From a virus (taxonomy: Duplodnaviria > Heunggongvirae > Uroviricota > Caudoviricetes): a stretch of DNA of 16,811 nucleotides. The stretch lies in IMG/VR virus record IMGVR_UViG_2579778842_000004; one strand, given 5' to 3'. Position 1 is the stretch's first letter. Each line of letters begins with the position of its first letter. Under the pieces are notes generated by a model. That model was not told where the DNA came from and did not search any database. It worked only from the letters and a program-made list of their open reading frames with translations. Made by a program: the position numbers and the translations under genes. This document shows, in pieces, positions 1 to 9,030 of the stretch.

Positions 1-332
1 AAGATATATTGCTGATTTGAAAAGTTTTTCCCTGTTTTCAGCATGTCTTTCGGCATTATGGTTGCTATTTTTTATTTCAGGTATTAGTTCCTGTTCTACC
101 GCCATTTCGTATCGTTTTTTGCTCTTAGCTGCGTCAAAACTTCCATTAACCTTTGCGTCGTGAAGATATTCTAAATCAGCCTTTGTTATATAAATGTTTT
201 TATCTGACAGGCTACTCAGGTGAATCTGGGAACTTTGCATTTTGAATTTATATAGATCACAATCAAATGTTGCTTCAAGTCGCACATATGGCTCTCCACA
301 TTCTTGTGAATGATAATGTCGTGTTGTACTAC
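1..332. repeat. Terminal direct repeat, left copy (matches 16480-16811)
   Basis: Direct comparison: 1-332 equals 16480-16811 except one substitution (T at 49 vs C at 16528), which is synonymous in the minus-strand ORF. Identity runs to both window edges, so the true repeat may be longer. Confidence 0.95.
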
Positions 333-801
333 CGCGTACACGCAACAATCCGCATGCAATTGATTTTCTTACAATAAAAGAGTTTTTGCCAATTTGTTCA
401 AAAACATTTTTATTGTCTCTGTCTTCAACTGTCAGTGGTTTATGTGCATAAAATAGCTCATAAGCACCGCTTTCAGATGCTGGGATATAAACTTCGTTGC
501 TTGCGCTGGTAATAAGAAAAGGAAATGTAAACCTTACTTCTTCTGGGTACATAAGTAATAAATCAGTTATAAAATCAGCATCTTTTTTGAAGTGGATGGC
601 GGCATCAGCTTCAATGAAATCAAGAAAGTCAGCATAGACATAAAAGTCTATATGTAGTCTATCTTTCCAATGCCATATATCATCAATTTCACAATTTAAT
701 AATTTTGATGCTCGCTCTATCGTGCAGTAGTCCAAAGGTGGAATACCTGATTCCTGCCATAAATTTCTATGCACCGCAGTTGTTTCATGAGAGTCGTTCA
801 T
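1..801 (-). CDS. Hypothetical protein, AT-rich ('gene X'), 5' part; 3' end runs off the window start. Same gene as the 16315-16811 copy if the unit is circular or tandem (about 321 aa).
   Basis: ATG at 801-799 with AAGGTG 6 nt upstream; in-frame TAG further upstream excludes an earlier start. Open frame continues to position 1 (MNDSHETTAVHRNLWQESGIPPLDYCTIERASKLL...). Not in the ORF track because it is truncated. Visibly AT-rich compared with neighbours. Confidence 0.55.
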   Translation of the reverse strand, partial: MNDSHETTAVHRNLWQESGIPPLDYCTIERASKLLNCEIDDIWHWKDRLHIDFYVYADFLDFIEADAAIHFKKDADFITDLLLMYPEEVRFTFPFLITSASNEVYIPASESGAYELFYAHKPLTVEDRDNKNVFEQIGKNSFIVRKSIACGLLRVRGSTTRHYHSQECGEPYVRLEATFDCDLYKFKMQSSQIHLSSLSDKNIYITKADLEYLHDAKVNGSFDAAKSKKRYEMAVEQELIPEIKNSNHNAERHAENREKLFKSAIYL

Positions 802-896
802 TGCGTCACCTTTTACGCTGCGCCTTATTTTGTGATTGAGCCAGGCGGTAAGGCTTCCCGCTTTTCGCCCCGTCGAGCTAGGCTCAATCTATTCAG

Positions 897-2156
897 TTAG
901 TTCGCCCTTCTGAGAGGCGTTACGTTGTAGTCTTTTCCGCTTTCCAGTGCCACCAGCAGATCAGCCCACTGTGCCAGTGCTGCTTTACGCTCATCAAAAT
1001 ACTGATGGCGGTTATAAATCCCCTCTACGCCCTTAATGCGATGATTGAGGCATCGTTCCGCCACAACAGGATCAACACCCAACGCTGCTAAATGAGTACG
1101 TGCGGTGCGTCGGAAGTCGTGAATCGTGAAATTAGGCACATCCGGCATTTCGGCGCGAACCTTAGCCAGTGCTACGGGTAAAGTGCTTTCCTGAATATGT
1201 GGGATCATTCTGTTTTGCATCTTCCTGGCCGGAAGCACCCATGCGCTATTACATGAAAAGGTGTGTAGCTCTCTCAACCATTCAACGGCTGGGGAAGGTA
1301 GAGGTATATCAATAGGGTCTCCGTTTTTGCTGCGTTCTTCCGGCAAATGCCATACCGCACCATCTAAATCAAACTCTTCCCATCGTGCGGCGCATAACTC
1401 CATCTTACGAACGCATAGTGCCAGCAATAGCTTAAATGTCAGTTCGTTCTGGCGGCTGAATCCTTTTGCGGTGCGCATAGCCTCGAATAGCCTGATAAGC
1501 TCATCGCGAGTTAGCCAACGGTCGCGGGAAACCTCTTTACCACCAGCATCAGATACTTCAAACGCTGAACAAGGGTTTATCTCCAGAGCGTGGCGTTTTA
1601 TCCCATAGTCAAAGATACGGCGTGTCCAGCGTAATACATCTGTTGCTATCGTTGGTGCTCCTCGGTCAACGATACCTTTCAACATGTCGTCAATGTGGCG
1701 TGGCTTAACGTCCTCTACCTTCATATGCCCAATGCAGGGGTTAATATCCTTATCAATTCTCCGGCGAAGGATATCGGGATGTTTCCATCTCGGAAGTATC
1801 TGGCGCTCGAAGTATTCGGAGGCCAGATCTGAAACACGCATGGCGTTTTTCTCAGCCTCCATTTTTGCCAGTGCTTCAGCTTTTCGTTCCTGTTTCTCTG
1901 CTGCTACGTCATAGCCAAGAGCAACTCTGGCTGACAGCTCTTTTGCTGTTTCTCTGGCTTTTGATAGTGACAGTTCGGAGTAAGAGCCTATAACCATAGC
2001 CCGCTGCTTTCCTGCGAGCTTATAGCGGAATCGCCAGAACGGGACTGTGTAGTTTTTGGGGTAGCAAATATAAAGGCCGTTGCCGTCTGCCTTGCCATCA
2101 AATCTGTCTCCCGCCTTTATCCATGCGCGGATCTGCATATCTGTGAGTTTTGGCAT
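897..2156 (-). CDS. int: Tyrosine recombinase / integrase, P4-type (N-terminal arm-binding domain plus catalytic domain)
   Basis: N-terminus MPKLTDMQIRAWIKAG...DGNGLYICYPKNYTVPFWRFRYKLAGKQRAMVIGSY is typical of P4-family integrases. C-terminal catalytic motifs HDFRRTARTHLAALG and LNHRIKGVEGIYNRHQY (R...HxxR...Y). Start placed at the internal ATG (2156) rather than the track start 2240, because 2157-2240 is occupied by TGTACA repeats. Confidence 0.88.
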   Translation of the reverse strand: MPKLTDMQIRAWIKAGDRFDGKADGNGLYICYPKNYTVPFWRFRYKLAGKQRAMVIGSYSELSLSKARETAKELSARVALGYDVAAEKQERKAEALAKMEAEKNAMRVSDLASEYFERQILPRWKHPDILRRRIDKDINPCIGHMKVEDVKPRHIDDMLKGIVDRGAPTIATDVLRWTRRIFDYGIKRHALEINPCSAFEVSDAGGKEVSRDRWLTRDELIRLFEAMRTAKGFSRQNELTFKLLLALCVRKMELCAARWEEFDLDGAVWHLPEERSKNGDPIDIPLPSPAVEWLRELHTFSCNSAWVLPARKMQNRMIPHIQESTLPVALAKVRAEMPDVPNFTIHDFRRTARTHLAALGVDPVVAERCLNHRIKGVEGIYNRHQYFDERKAALAQWADLLVALESGKDYNVTPLRRAN

Positions 2157-2185
2157 TGCGAATACCTGAATATCGAATATGGGTG

Positions 2186-2236
2186 TGTACATAAAGCAAT
2201 GTACATGAAAGTCATTATGTACACCTCTATGTACAC
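2186..2236. promoter_or_regulatory. Array of four (A)TGTACA(C/T) repeats just upstream of int
   Basis: tgtacat 2186, atgtacat 2199, atgtacac 2216, atgtacac 2229, spaced 13-17 bp. TGTACA is self-complementary. Candidate operator or arm-type sites. Confidence 0.4.
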
Positions 2237-2281
2237 GCATATTGTGCGCTTTGTTGCGTCGTTATGATAGCTCATGATAAC

Positions 2282-2318
2282 AAAAAAGCCCGACATTTCG
2301 CGGGCTTTGTGTTTTTTT
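2282..2318. terminator. Bidirectional rho-independent terminator-like hairpin
   Basis: A-run 2282-2287, stem aagcccg (2286-2292) / cgggctt (2301-2307), loop 8 nt, then TTTGTGTTTTTTT. T-run available on both strands. Confidence 0.5.
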
Positions 2319-2427
2319 GCTGCTTGGTGATTTTTACTGATGGCTTATTCGATATTCTGAATCTGTTTGTAGAGTATTGGCTTCAATGCCGCATTGTAGC
2401 TGGTTTCTTCCTAATGCGATTTTTGAT

Positions 2428-2447
2428 TATGTACACCCTTATGTACA
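2428..2447. promoter_or_regulatory. Second pair of ATGTACAC repeats (ttatgtacacccttatgtacacgg)
   Basis: Near-identical to the 2215-2238 pair, about 210 bp away on the other side of the terminator. Confidence 0.3.
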
Positions 2448-2740
2448 CGGTTTTTTCGGGTGCTTTGGTCAGAAGCCATTGCCTACATCCCTCACGATCG
2501 AGGTGTGTAACCATGTTCAGGCTTGTTGTCCTGCGCGCGCGTATTGCTCGTGAAATTGCTGTACCCAATAGTGATGTCCGAAAAAACCTCCGTTCTCACA
2601 TGAAACAGCCATATGCAACTGGTAACTGAACAGACTGGTAGACCGTTCGTTCAGTAAATACCTGATATTTTCGCCAACGAGAAATTGCGTTGGCTGGCAG
2701 GGTGCAAATTTGCACGATGGACTAACCCATTGATTCTTTC

Positions 2741-2765
2741 GAAAACCCCCATTGGGGGAAAAGCC
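2741..2765 (-). terminator. Weak terminator-like hairpin downstream of the PerC-like gene
   Basis: On the minus strand CCCCC-AAU-GGGGG followed by UUUUC; lies about 115 nt past the stop at 2875. Adjacent perfect palindrome gtgcaaatttgcac at 2702-2715. Confidence 0.3.
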
Positions 2766-2874
2766 TAACTCATTGGTTTTCCCACAATCCTCAATTTGAG
2801 GAATGTACCTAAAACCATTTTTATAGCTCCGATCCCTTCAAAGTGAGGGGTAATTTGCCAAAACAGAGAGAGCA

Positions 2875-3162
2875 TTACTGTCTCTGGCAATCTTTATCGC
2901 GATAACGCCTGAAGTACCCTCTCGCTTCCTCATCCATACCAAGAGCCGAATGAGTCCGCTTAACTGCCTGTCTTAAATCTCCGAATCTGTCTGTAGTTGC
3001 TGGTGGGCGTGCCGCCTTACGGATACATTCAGAGCGTCTGTTTGCTGCATGTTCACGTTCTTTATCGCCATCTGCCAGCATCATGACTTCTGCCCATCGT
3101 GCGGCAGCTCTCCGGTATAGCCCTTTTGACTCCAGCTCTTCAGCTTTCCTGTCCCTTATCAT
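2875..3162 (-). CDS. Small basic regulator, PerC/ANR-family-like (tentative)
   Basis: 95 aa, MIRDRKAEELESKGLYRRAAARWAEVMM... matches my recollection of the N-terminal pattern of PerC-type small activators; GAGAGG 6 nt upstream of ATG. Family assignment is from memory, not a search. Confidence 0.55.
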   Translation of the reverse strand: MIRDRKAEELESKGLYRRAAARWAEVMMLADGDKEREHAANRRSECIRKAARPPATTDRFGDLRQAVKRTHSALGMDEEARGYFRRYRDKDCQRQ

Positions 3163-3198
3163 TTCTGCCTCTCAGATTATATAGATAAGCAAAAAGGT

Positions 3199-3319
3199 GT
3201 TGGTTCAGTTGGTTCAGTTGGTTCAATTTGTAAAGATCGTTGTTTTTATTGTGTTTTTTCTGAAATATTGAACCAACATCAACTCATTTTGAACCAACAC
3301 AGCCCAGCTCTGAACCAAC
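3199..3319. repeat. Iteron cluster A: 3 tandem GTTGGTTCA (3199-3225) plus 3 inverted TGAACCAAC at 3269, 3290, 3311 (21-bp phasing)
   Basis: Read directly. The whole block is an imperfect reverse complement of cluster B (9351-9461), including the shared spacer atttgtaaaga. Confidence 0.65.
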
Positions 3320-3373
3320 AACACAGCGATAGCTTTGTGATTGGCCCGTTATTTTCTGGCTGATATTTGAGCG

Positions 3374-3404
3374 TATAACAGTGTTATACAGTGGTATACT
3401 GTAT
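3374..3404. promoter_or_regulatory. Two adjacent palindromes upstream of the RHH gene (candidate operators)
   Basis: TATAACA-g-TGTTATA (3374-3388) and ATACAGT-ggtat-ACTGTAT (3386-3404), overlapping a TATACT -10-like hexamer about 12 nt before the ATG. Confidence 0.4.
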
Positions 3405-3421
3405 GGATATTACTCACTGAT

Positions 3422-3877
3422 ATGGTCTTTGCAATGAGCAAATCTAATCTGGTCGCGTTCCGCATCCCATCTGAATTGCAGGATGAGTTTAATCGGTCTG
3501 TTCTCGCTTCTGGAGGGGATAAAACCTCCTGGCTTGTTGATGCGATTCGCATGAAGCTGGGACAGCCGGAAAAGTCTATTGATTCACGAATGCTTGGGCT
3601 GGTGGAGCGCATGGAAAAAGCTGCTGCGTCGCTTATTGCCGGAAAGCCGAACATCCCACCAAAGCCATATAACGAAACGGCAGTTATAAAGATCATTGCC
3701 GATACCATCCGACAGGGATTTGATAATGGGCGTGTGATAGCTGAACGGATCAATGAAGCAGGCTATCAAACAAAAGCTGGTAAAGCGTGGGATAAAGATA
3801 TTTACAGCGCGTGGAAGCGTCAGGGAAGCAATGCTGAAAAGTTAAAAGCGGTGATTGATTGTAAGGTCAGCGTATAA
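3422..3877 (+). CDS. Ribbon-helix-helix (Arc/MetJ/CopG-like) DNA-binding protein with C-terminal extension
   Basis: N-terminus SNLVAFRIPSELQDEFNRSVLASGGDKTSWLVDAIRMKL fits the beta-strand/helix/helix RHH pattern. No clear SD; alternative start at ATG 3434. Confidence 0.6.
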   Translation: MVFAMSKSNLVAFRIPSELQDEFNRSVLASGGDKTSWLVDAIRMKLGQPEKSIDSRMLGLVERMEKAAASLIAGKPNIPPKPYNETAVIKIIADTIRQGFDNGRVIAERINEAGYQTKAGKAWDKDIYSAWKRQGSNAEKLKAVIDCKVSV

Positions 3878-3956
3878 ACATGAGTGCCCATTGGAAAGCT
3901 GCTTGGGCCAATACCTTTATACACCAGCAGGTGGTGACGATAGGTGAGGATCAGGA

Positions 3957-4178
3957 ATGAAAGGCAGAACGCCACACATTGAACATCAAGCCAACCACTT
4001 CTCGGATGTTCGCAATGAGATGATTGCCATTCGCGGTGATATGCACGGCTTGGAGCGTCGAATTATTGATAAGATTGATGAAAATAGAGATAAGGCCAGT
4101 GAAAATCAAAAGTGGATCATCGGCCTGTTGATTTTATCAATGCTTATCCCGCTACTTATCGCATTGGTCACAAAATGA
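3957..4178 (+). CDS. Small tail-anchored membrane protein (coiled-coil N-terminus, single C-terminal TM)
   Basis: 73 aa; C-terminal WIIGLLILSMLIPLLIALVTK is one hydrophobic helix. Topology resembles XhlA-like or holin-like small proteins, but no family confirmed. Confidence 0.5.
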   Translation: MKGRTPHIEHQANHFSDVRNEMIAIRGDMHGLERRIIDKIDENRDKASENQKWIIGLLILSMLIPLLIALVTK

Positions 4179-4699
4179 ATATCCAATGTGTATGCTGTCG
4201 ATGCTACGCGCACGTACTTGTCGCAAAATATCAGACAAAAGCCAGATTCAGAACGTCGTGATAACCACCAGCACAACAGAGAGGTCATGTAACGCGATTT
4301 ATCACACCAGATACATGTGATTGGTGTACCCGCATAAAACATCGTCATAGCGCGTCCTGTGCGCATATACGCCGATAATCAACACATCACCACCACTCTG
4401 TCTCATGTAGAGAACACTTTTATGGTATCCCCCGCCATCGTGCGCGTACTAGTCGGACGCAGTTGCAAAACTTTTTGCAACTGATACCCCTCGCGCGCGT
4501 ACTTGTCTCGAAATTGGTGTTTTGCTGTGGCAGTGATATCAGAAAAATCTTCCTGTTTCACATAAAGCGGATATGCGCGTACTGTAACGACCCCATCAAC
4601 GGGGGCGGATTTGAAATCCCGACCCAAGCTATGTACCAAATGCCATGTCTTGGATATATGATGATTGCCATTCTAAACAACGCTAAAGGGAGGGTTGGT

Positions 4700-5314
4700 G
4701 TGAGCAGAAAAGATACTAAAGAATTGCTAACTATCTGCATGGTGTACTTTTCAATTTATTTTTGTGCATACATGATAGTCCCAGATGAGTTTGAACATGG
4801 CAGTATTATTTATTCCATAACATTCTATTTTTTAGAGCTAACACCAATTTTGGCTATCCTTTTGGCAATACATATTTATTTTTCCTTAAAAAAAGAATCG
4901 ACTAATTGGGAGAAGGTATGGAGAGACAGAGGATTTCTAACATCACCTAAAGATGATGCATATGAGAGTGATTTTTCAGACTTTATAACAAACTACTACT
5001 CCAGCGAACGATTCAAAAATAGACTGTCTGATGTTTGGGAAACAGCAATGTATTCTATAGGGATTATATTATTGATACTTACTGGTATTGCTCAATATGT
5101 TTTTAACATTGACTTATCATTAAATCCTGAAAATTTAATATCGCCATTGATTTTTGGTGAGATATTGATCTTCTCATTCGGAATTTTCTTGAGTGTTGTT
5201 CTCTGCTCATTATGCAAGCTACTGACTAACAGGTATCCGGGTGAAGCAAGGAGAGCAAGAAAGGCAAATCCATATTATCTTTTATTTCCTAATGGAGACA
5301 GCAGAGATATCTAA
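4700..5314 (+). CDS. AT-rich integral membrane protein, about 4 TM helices, unknown function
   Basis: GTG at 4700 preceded by AAAGGGAGGG (5-nt spacer). Composition drops sharply in GC at about 4690. Four hydrophobic segments (LLTICMVYFSIYFCAYMIV, IIYSITFYFLELTPILAILLAIHIYF, AMYSIGIILLILTGIAQYVF, LISPLIFGEILIFSFGIFLSVVLCSLC). The track's longer start (4463) would include repeat-rich DNA. Confidence 0.6.
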   Translation: MSRKDTKELLTICMVYFSIYFCAYMIVPDEFEHGSIIYSITFYFLELTPILAILLAIHIYFSLKKESTNWEKVWRDRGFLTSPKDDAYESDFSDFITNYYSSERFKNRLSDVWETAMYSIGIILLILTGIAQYVFNIDLSLNPENLISPLIFGEILIFSFGIFLSVVLCSLCKLLTNRYPGEARRARKANPYYLLFPNGDSRDI

Positions 5315-5332
5315 GCCATCCATGGCCATCTG

Positions 5333-7348
5333 TTATTGAGCTTCCTTTTGCGATGCTTGTGCTGCTGTGGTCAGTGATTGTGTGACCGTACTGATCGCTC
5401 TGTCATATGCTGTGCTACCTTTTGGCGTATTTGCCAGACGTAACAAGGCATTTCGTATAACAGGGCTTTCGTATGCCTTCGCTGCTCCGCCTACGGCACC
5501 AGCAGCAGGAACAACAAACGCAGCCGTTTTTAGCATCCCCGCTAATACTGCTGCGTTTATGATGCCACCACCAACTAACAATCCATAAAGCTGCTGACCA
5601 TTTAAGTTTTGAACGTTCGCTTTTGCCGCGTGTCTTGTATCGTTGAGGTATTTAATAACGCCGTCCAGTTCCTTTCCATGTACGCCTTTAAAGAAAGTTG
5701 CTGATTGCTTCCTGTTCCGGTGTAACGCATTAATAAACTTCTCAACACTGATATTTCCAGACGGATCAGTCGCCTTATCTACAGCATTCTGAACTATGGC
5801 TGCTCGTGCGTTTTGCCTACCATTGTCATCCAGAAGCCTGTAAAGCTGAGAACGTTCTGATGGGCTTTGGCTAAAAACGAGTTTTGTTACATCCTCAGGC
5901 GTGGCCTTGCCGCTGGCTATTGCCTTTTGAACGCGCGTTCTTCCCATCATGTCATTGAATTTAGACCATGAGCGATCAACCCTTGCCATATTAATGGCTT
6001 CGTCTGCTCCAAGATTTTTGGCTACGGCTTTTTTCATATCCGCCGTATATGCCTTGTAGATAATATCGCTGGCTTTCTGGAGCGTATCTTTATCAACAGT
6101 GTCAGATGACGCCATAAATCGCTTTCGAAGATCGGTTCTGTTTTCCCTCGCCAGACGCAGGTCATTTGGTCCGCTGGTGATATCGTCTTTAAATTGCTGC
6201 AAGACTTTTACCGCGGCTCTATCCTGAGATTTGCCCGGGCGGCTTAACACGGCAATCTGATTGTCGATAGCTTTTACCGTGTTTGAGAGATCGACAGGGG
6301 TATCCCCCATAGCGTCAATTATGCGGTTATATCGCTTTCCTGCTGCCTCAATGAATTTTTGTTGCCCTTTAGTCGCAGATTCATAAAGCTGTTTATCAGA
6401 AATGCCACCCAGACCATCGCTAAATGTTCTGACTAAATTTTCTCGTGCTTGTTGTTGATTCAGCCGATTCTTACCGGTTCCAAAAAAAGGAACTCTTTCG
6501 CCTAATGTCTGAGCCTGACTCTGCATAAAGGTTTTATCTTTCAGCATGTCACTGGTCATTAACGGTAGGTTTCTTTCCGATGCAAAATCAACAGCGGCTT
6601 TCGCTTCCGGTGCCATATCACCGCGAACGGCCCTCGAAACGGCACTCACTGTATTCTCCAGACCCTTACCAATGCCGCCAATGCCAGCAGAGATTACCGT
6701 TTGTAACGGATCAATATCTTCTCCACCAGCAAGGCTGGTGGCTCCCTGTAGTGCTAAATCTGTAGCTGCTGATTTCCCTATGGCCCCCAGCACCGTTCCG
6801 GCCCTGCCCGCTGGTGTAAACGCCAGCGCATTAGCCAGAAACGATGCCACGTCTTGCGGCGATAAACCCGGCTTGTTCAGAGCATAATCACCGGATGGTA
6901 GGGAAACGATAGTGTTACCCTTCTCATCCTGCCTTAATTTCGCTCCCATGCTCTGAAGAATCTTTTCCTGAGATGCGTCAGAGCCGAAAAGTTGAGACCA
7001 TCGAGCTTTTAGAGCATCCATGCTGAGTGAGGTTAACTCTGGGGCAAGGTCGACATTTTGCAGTCTCTCCATCTCTGGAGTCATTCGGCTTTCGCCTGTT
7101 ATAGCATCGCGCATCGCAGCCCCAAGGCTGGCTCCCTGTTCTGCTGAACGCTCAAGCCCCTCTCTTTGCTGAGTAGCTAACTTTGCATACCCTGACGCAA
7201 GAGAGTTGTCTGCTGGCGATTGCTGAACACCTTGTTGTGTTGGTGCTGACTGACCAGCAAAATACTCATCAATGGCGGTGCCAATATCTTCGGTGCTCGT
7301 ACCATCAGGGAAGGTAAATGTCTTACCGTTTGCAGTTACTTTCATCAT
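5333..7348 (-). CDS. Large (671 aa) Ala/Gln/Gly-rich, largely helical-looking protein with C-terminal hydrophobic segment; function unknown
   Basis: Start overlaps the upstream stop (ATGA at 7348-7345). C-terminal [40 protein letters not shown] is membrane-like. No enzymatic motif recognised. Confidence 0.8.
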   Translation of the reverse strand: MMKVTANGKTFTFPDGTSTEDIGTAIDEYFAGQSAPTQQGVQQSPADNSLASGYAKLATQQREGLERSAEQGASLGAAMRDAITGESRMTPEMERLQNVDLAPELTSLSMDALKARWSQLFGSDASQEKILQSMGAKLRQDEKGNTIVSLPSGDYALNKPGLSPQDVASFLANALAFTPAGRAGTVLGAIGKSAATDLALQGATSLAGGEDIDPLQTVISAGIGGIGKGLENTVSAVSRAVRGDMAPEAKAAVDFASERNLPLMTSDMLKDKTFMQSQAQTLGERVPFFGTGKNRLNQQQARENLVRTFSDGLGGISDKQLYESATKGQQKFIEAAGKRYNRIIDAMGDTPVDLSNTVKAIDNQIAVLSRPGKSQDRAAVKVLQQFKDDITSGPNDLRLARENRTDLRKRFMASSDTVDKDTLQKASDIIYKAYTADMKKAVAKNLGADEAINMARVDRSWSKFNDMMGRTRVQKAIASGKATPEDVTKLVFSQSPSERSQLYRLLDDNGRQNARAAIVQNAVDKATDPSGNISVEKFINALHRNRKQSATFFKGVHGKELDGVIKYLNDTRHAAKANVQNLNGQQLYGLLVGGGIINAAVLAGMLKTAAFVVPAAGAVGGAAKAYESPVIRNALLRLANTPKGSTAYDRAISTVTQSLTTAAQASQKEAQ

Positions 7349-8736
7349 TCCACCGTAAATTGAATGCCTGATTTTGACGTGTAGCTACCTCCTGCTGATT
7401 GCTGAGTAGCTGGCTGTTGCCTTGATGATTTCTTCCCGCCATTACCGACATTAACGTTATATTGCTGGTTGTAATTGTCGGTATATTGCTGAATGTCGCG
7501 CATTGATTGTTGTAGTGCTTCAGGGCTTGAGAAATCAGGCTTTGGCATACCTTGAAAATACCTATTGGCCTCTGCTTCGGTGTTGATGCCAGATGCCCCC
7601 ATATCTCGGGCTGCCGCAATCCCCTGATTTTGCATTTTGCCCAGGATTCGCTGTGCAGCGTTGTATAGCCTCCTCTCCTCAGCACCAGATGCCCGGCTAC
7701 GAATATCTGCACCAAGAGCAAAAGAACCTGAAGAACCAGTAATACCTGTCATGAAGCCAATATCGTCAATTGATGCGCCAGAAATTGCCTCAAGATCTTT
7801 CTTCATTTCGTAATTCTGCGCATTAGCTGCCGACGTGGCCGGAGCAGCAATAGAGCCAGCTGGAACGCGAACTATGTTCCCCTCATTGTCTATACCTTCG
7901 TAGAACGCGTTAGCACCAGCACCATGAAGTTTCCCGCCTACGGTTACAGTTCTTCCGTCTGCTAGTTGAACTGTGCGCTCATTATTCCCAACCGCCCCTT
8001 TCATTGATGTTCTCTGCATCGCTAAATCCTGACCGCGCATCGTGATGTTCTGTCCTCGTGCTGTTAGCGCCTCGCCAGCCTGATTGCTGCGGATTGTCTC
8101 TGCCAACTTGTCACGCTCAATATCCCGACCTTCCATTTGATCTTTGATATCGAAGTACTTCTCATGGCCGAGAGAAAACAGTGCCAGATTACCTGCGAAG
8201 TGCTGGAAGCCCTGCGGGTCATTAACCTGCATTTCAGCAATAGTTTCTGGAGGGATACCTAAACGACGCATCTCCTTTTCGTTATCCATCATGAACCTGC
8301 CAAATGCGCCCGGACCAAGCGACGAAGCTACCTGTGCTTTAAGCGCCAGATTGCCAAAATCATCCCGCTGGGCGTCATCGACATACCCCATGCCTTTACG
8401 GACTTCCTCAAACTCTTCTGGGAATGCTGTAATAAGATTACGCATCTTCTCCCTGTCGCCGGACGCATAAGCATCTGCATAACCTTTCTGGAATGCCGCT
8501 TTACGCTCCTGCTGTTGCTGCTGCTTATAAATATCAGCAACTCCAGCCAGACCACGAAGACCTGTCAGAGCAACGTTATTTGCACCTGATCGAGCCAGTT
8601 CATTGTTTTCGCGGATCAGACCAAGCGTTGCGTTAATGTCGCTTGCCTTTGGCGCATTCTCATTTTGCGTACCGATGCCAGCCAGAAAACCACCAGAATT
8701 AATACCCTGTTGCCACGTAGCCATTGATTTACCCAC
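7345..8736 (-). CDS. Large (about 460 aa) low-complexity Gly/Ala/Gln/Asn-rich protein; function unknown
   Basis: Long ORF, translationally coupled to the 671-aa gene. Track start is GTG 8736; ATG at 8724 ([12 protein letters not shown]...) is an alternative. Confidence 0.78.
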   Translation of the reverse strand: MGKSMATWQQGINSGGFLAGIGTQNENAPKASDINATLGLIRENNELARSGANNVALTGLRGLAGVADIYKQQQQQERKAAFQKGYADAYASGDREKMRNLITAFPEEFEEVRKGMGYVDDAQRDDFGNLALKAQVASSLGPGAFGRFMMDNEKEMRRLGIPPETIAEMQVNDPQGFQHFAGNLALFSLGHEKYFDIKDQMEGRDIERDKLAETIRSNQAGEALTARGQNITMRGQDLAMQRTSMKGAVGNNERTVQLADGRTVTVGGKLHGAGANAFYEGIDNEGNIVRVPAGSIAAPATSAANAQNYEMKKDLEAISGASIDDIGFMTGITGSSGSFALGADIRSRASGAEERRLYNAAQRILGKMQNQGIAAARDMGASGINTEAEANRYFQGMPKPDFSSPEALQQSMRDIQQYTDNYNQQYNVNVGNGGKKSSRQQPATQQSAGGSYTSKSGIQFTVE

Positions 8737-8902
8737 GTCCAGTTAAAGTGTAAGTCAGCGCCTTATCCATTAATCCCCGAGCAATTTCGTGGATCGTTGG
8801 CGCAACTCCTACCTCTGATTTTTTACGCTGCTCCTCCTGAATTTTCTTTATCGCTTCCATTTGTTTCTCACTTATCAATACTGGCTTTACTGAAATAGCC
8901 AT
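8729..8902 (-). CDS. Possible small Lys/Glu-rich ORF (57 aa) heading the large-protein operon
   Basis: ATG at 8902 with AAGGGGG 4 nt upstream (cagttctAAGGGGGcgttATG); stop at 8729-8731, 4 nt before ATG 8724. Not in the ORF track, presumably because it is short. Confidence 0.3.
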   Translation of the reverse strand: MAISVKPVLISEKQMEAIKKIQEEQRKKSEVGVAPTIHEIARGLMDKALTYTLTGRG

Positions 8903-8997
8903 AACGCCCCCTTAGAACTGTATAAAACAACAGTTATTATAATTTCATAAAACGCAACATTCATCATTGTGATTGCAAAATATGAAACAAATAGCAC

Positions 8998-9030
8998 AAA
9001 AAAATGCCACCGCTCATTAGCTGGTGGCAT
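8998..9030 (-). terminator. Rho-independent terminator closing the primase operon
   Basis: On the minus strand: stem AUGCCACC / GGUGGCAU (9004-9011 / 9023-9030) followed by U7 (complement of A-run 8998-9004). Confidence 0.5.

Noticed and set aside
1-332. Terminal repeat as a trivial assembler overlap artefact
   Set aside because: Not fully excluded, but the copies differ at one position and 332 bp is not a typical k-mer overlap, so real redundancy (circular permutation, tandem copies or terminal repeat) is at least as likely; kept as a finding.
2157-2240. Longer integrase start (track ORF 897-2240, MRVHRGVHNDFHVHCFMYTPIF...)
   Set aside because: The extra 28 codons are a translation of the TGTACA repeat array and are Cys/His-rich junk; the conserved integrase N-terminus starts at the internal Met (2156).
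2157-2870. tRNA or tmRNA 3' end serving as att site next to the integrase
   Set aside because: I scanned both strands for T-arm-like GGTTCGA(A/G)TCC motifs followed by an acceptor stem and CCA, and found none; the region instead contains repeats, palindromes and terminators.
3199-3225. Tandem 9-bp repeats as a possible CRISPR array
   Set aside because: Repeat unit is only 9 bp with no spacers; the repeats are contiguous or 21-bp phased, as iterons are, and no cas genes are present.
3386-3404. LexA (SOS) box upstream of the RHH gene
   Set aside because: The palindrome is ACAGT-N5-ACTGT, not the CTGT-N8-ACAG arrangement of enterobacterial LexA boxes.
3349-3769. Minus-strand ORFs 3349-3753 and 3584-3769 and plus-strand ORFs overlapping the large-protein genes (e.g. 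5367-5588, 6546-6887, 8144-8470)
   Set aside because: Antisense to better-supported genes, low-complexity translations, no ribosome-binding sites.
4463-4699. Longer start for the 4-TM membrane protein (track ORF 4463-5314)
   Set aside because: The upstream 79 codons cover GC-rich DNA containing the GCGCGTACT repeats; the composition shift and a strong SD plus GTG at 4700 mark the likely true start.
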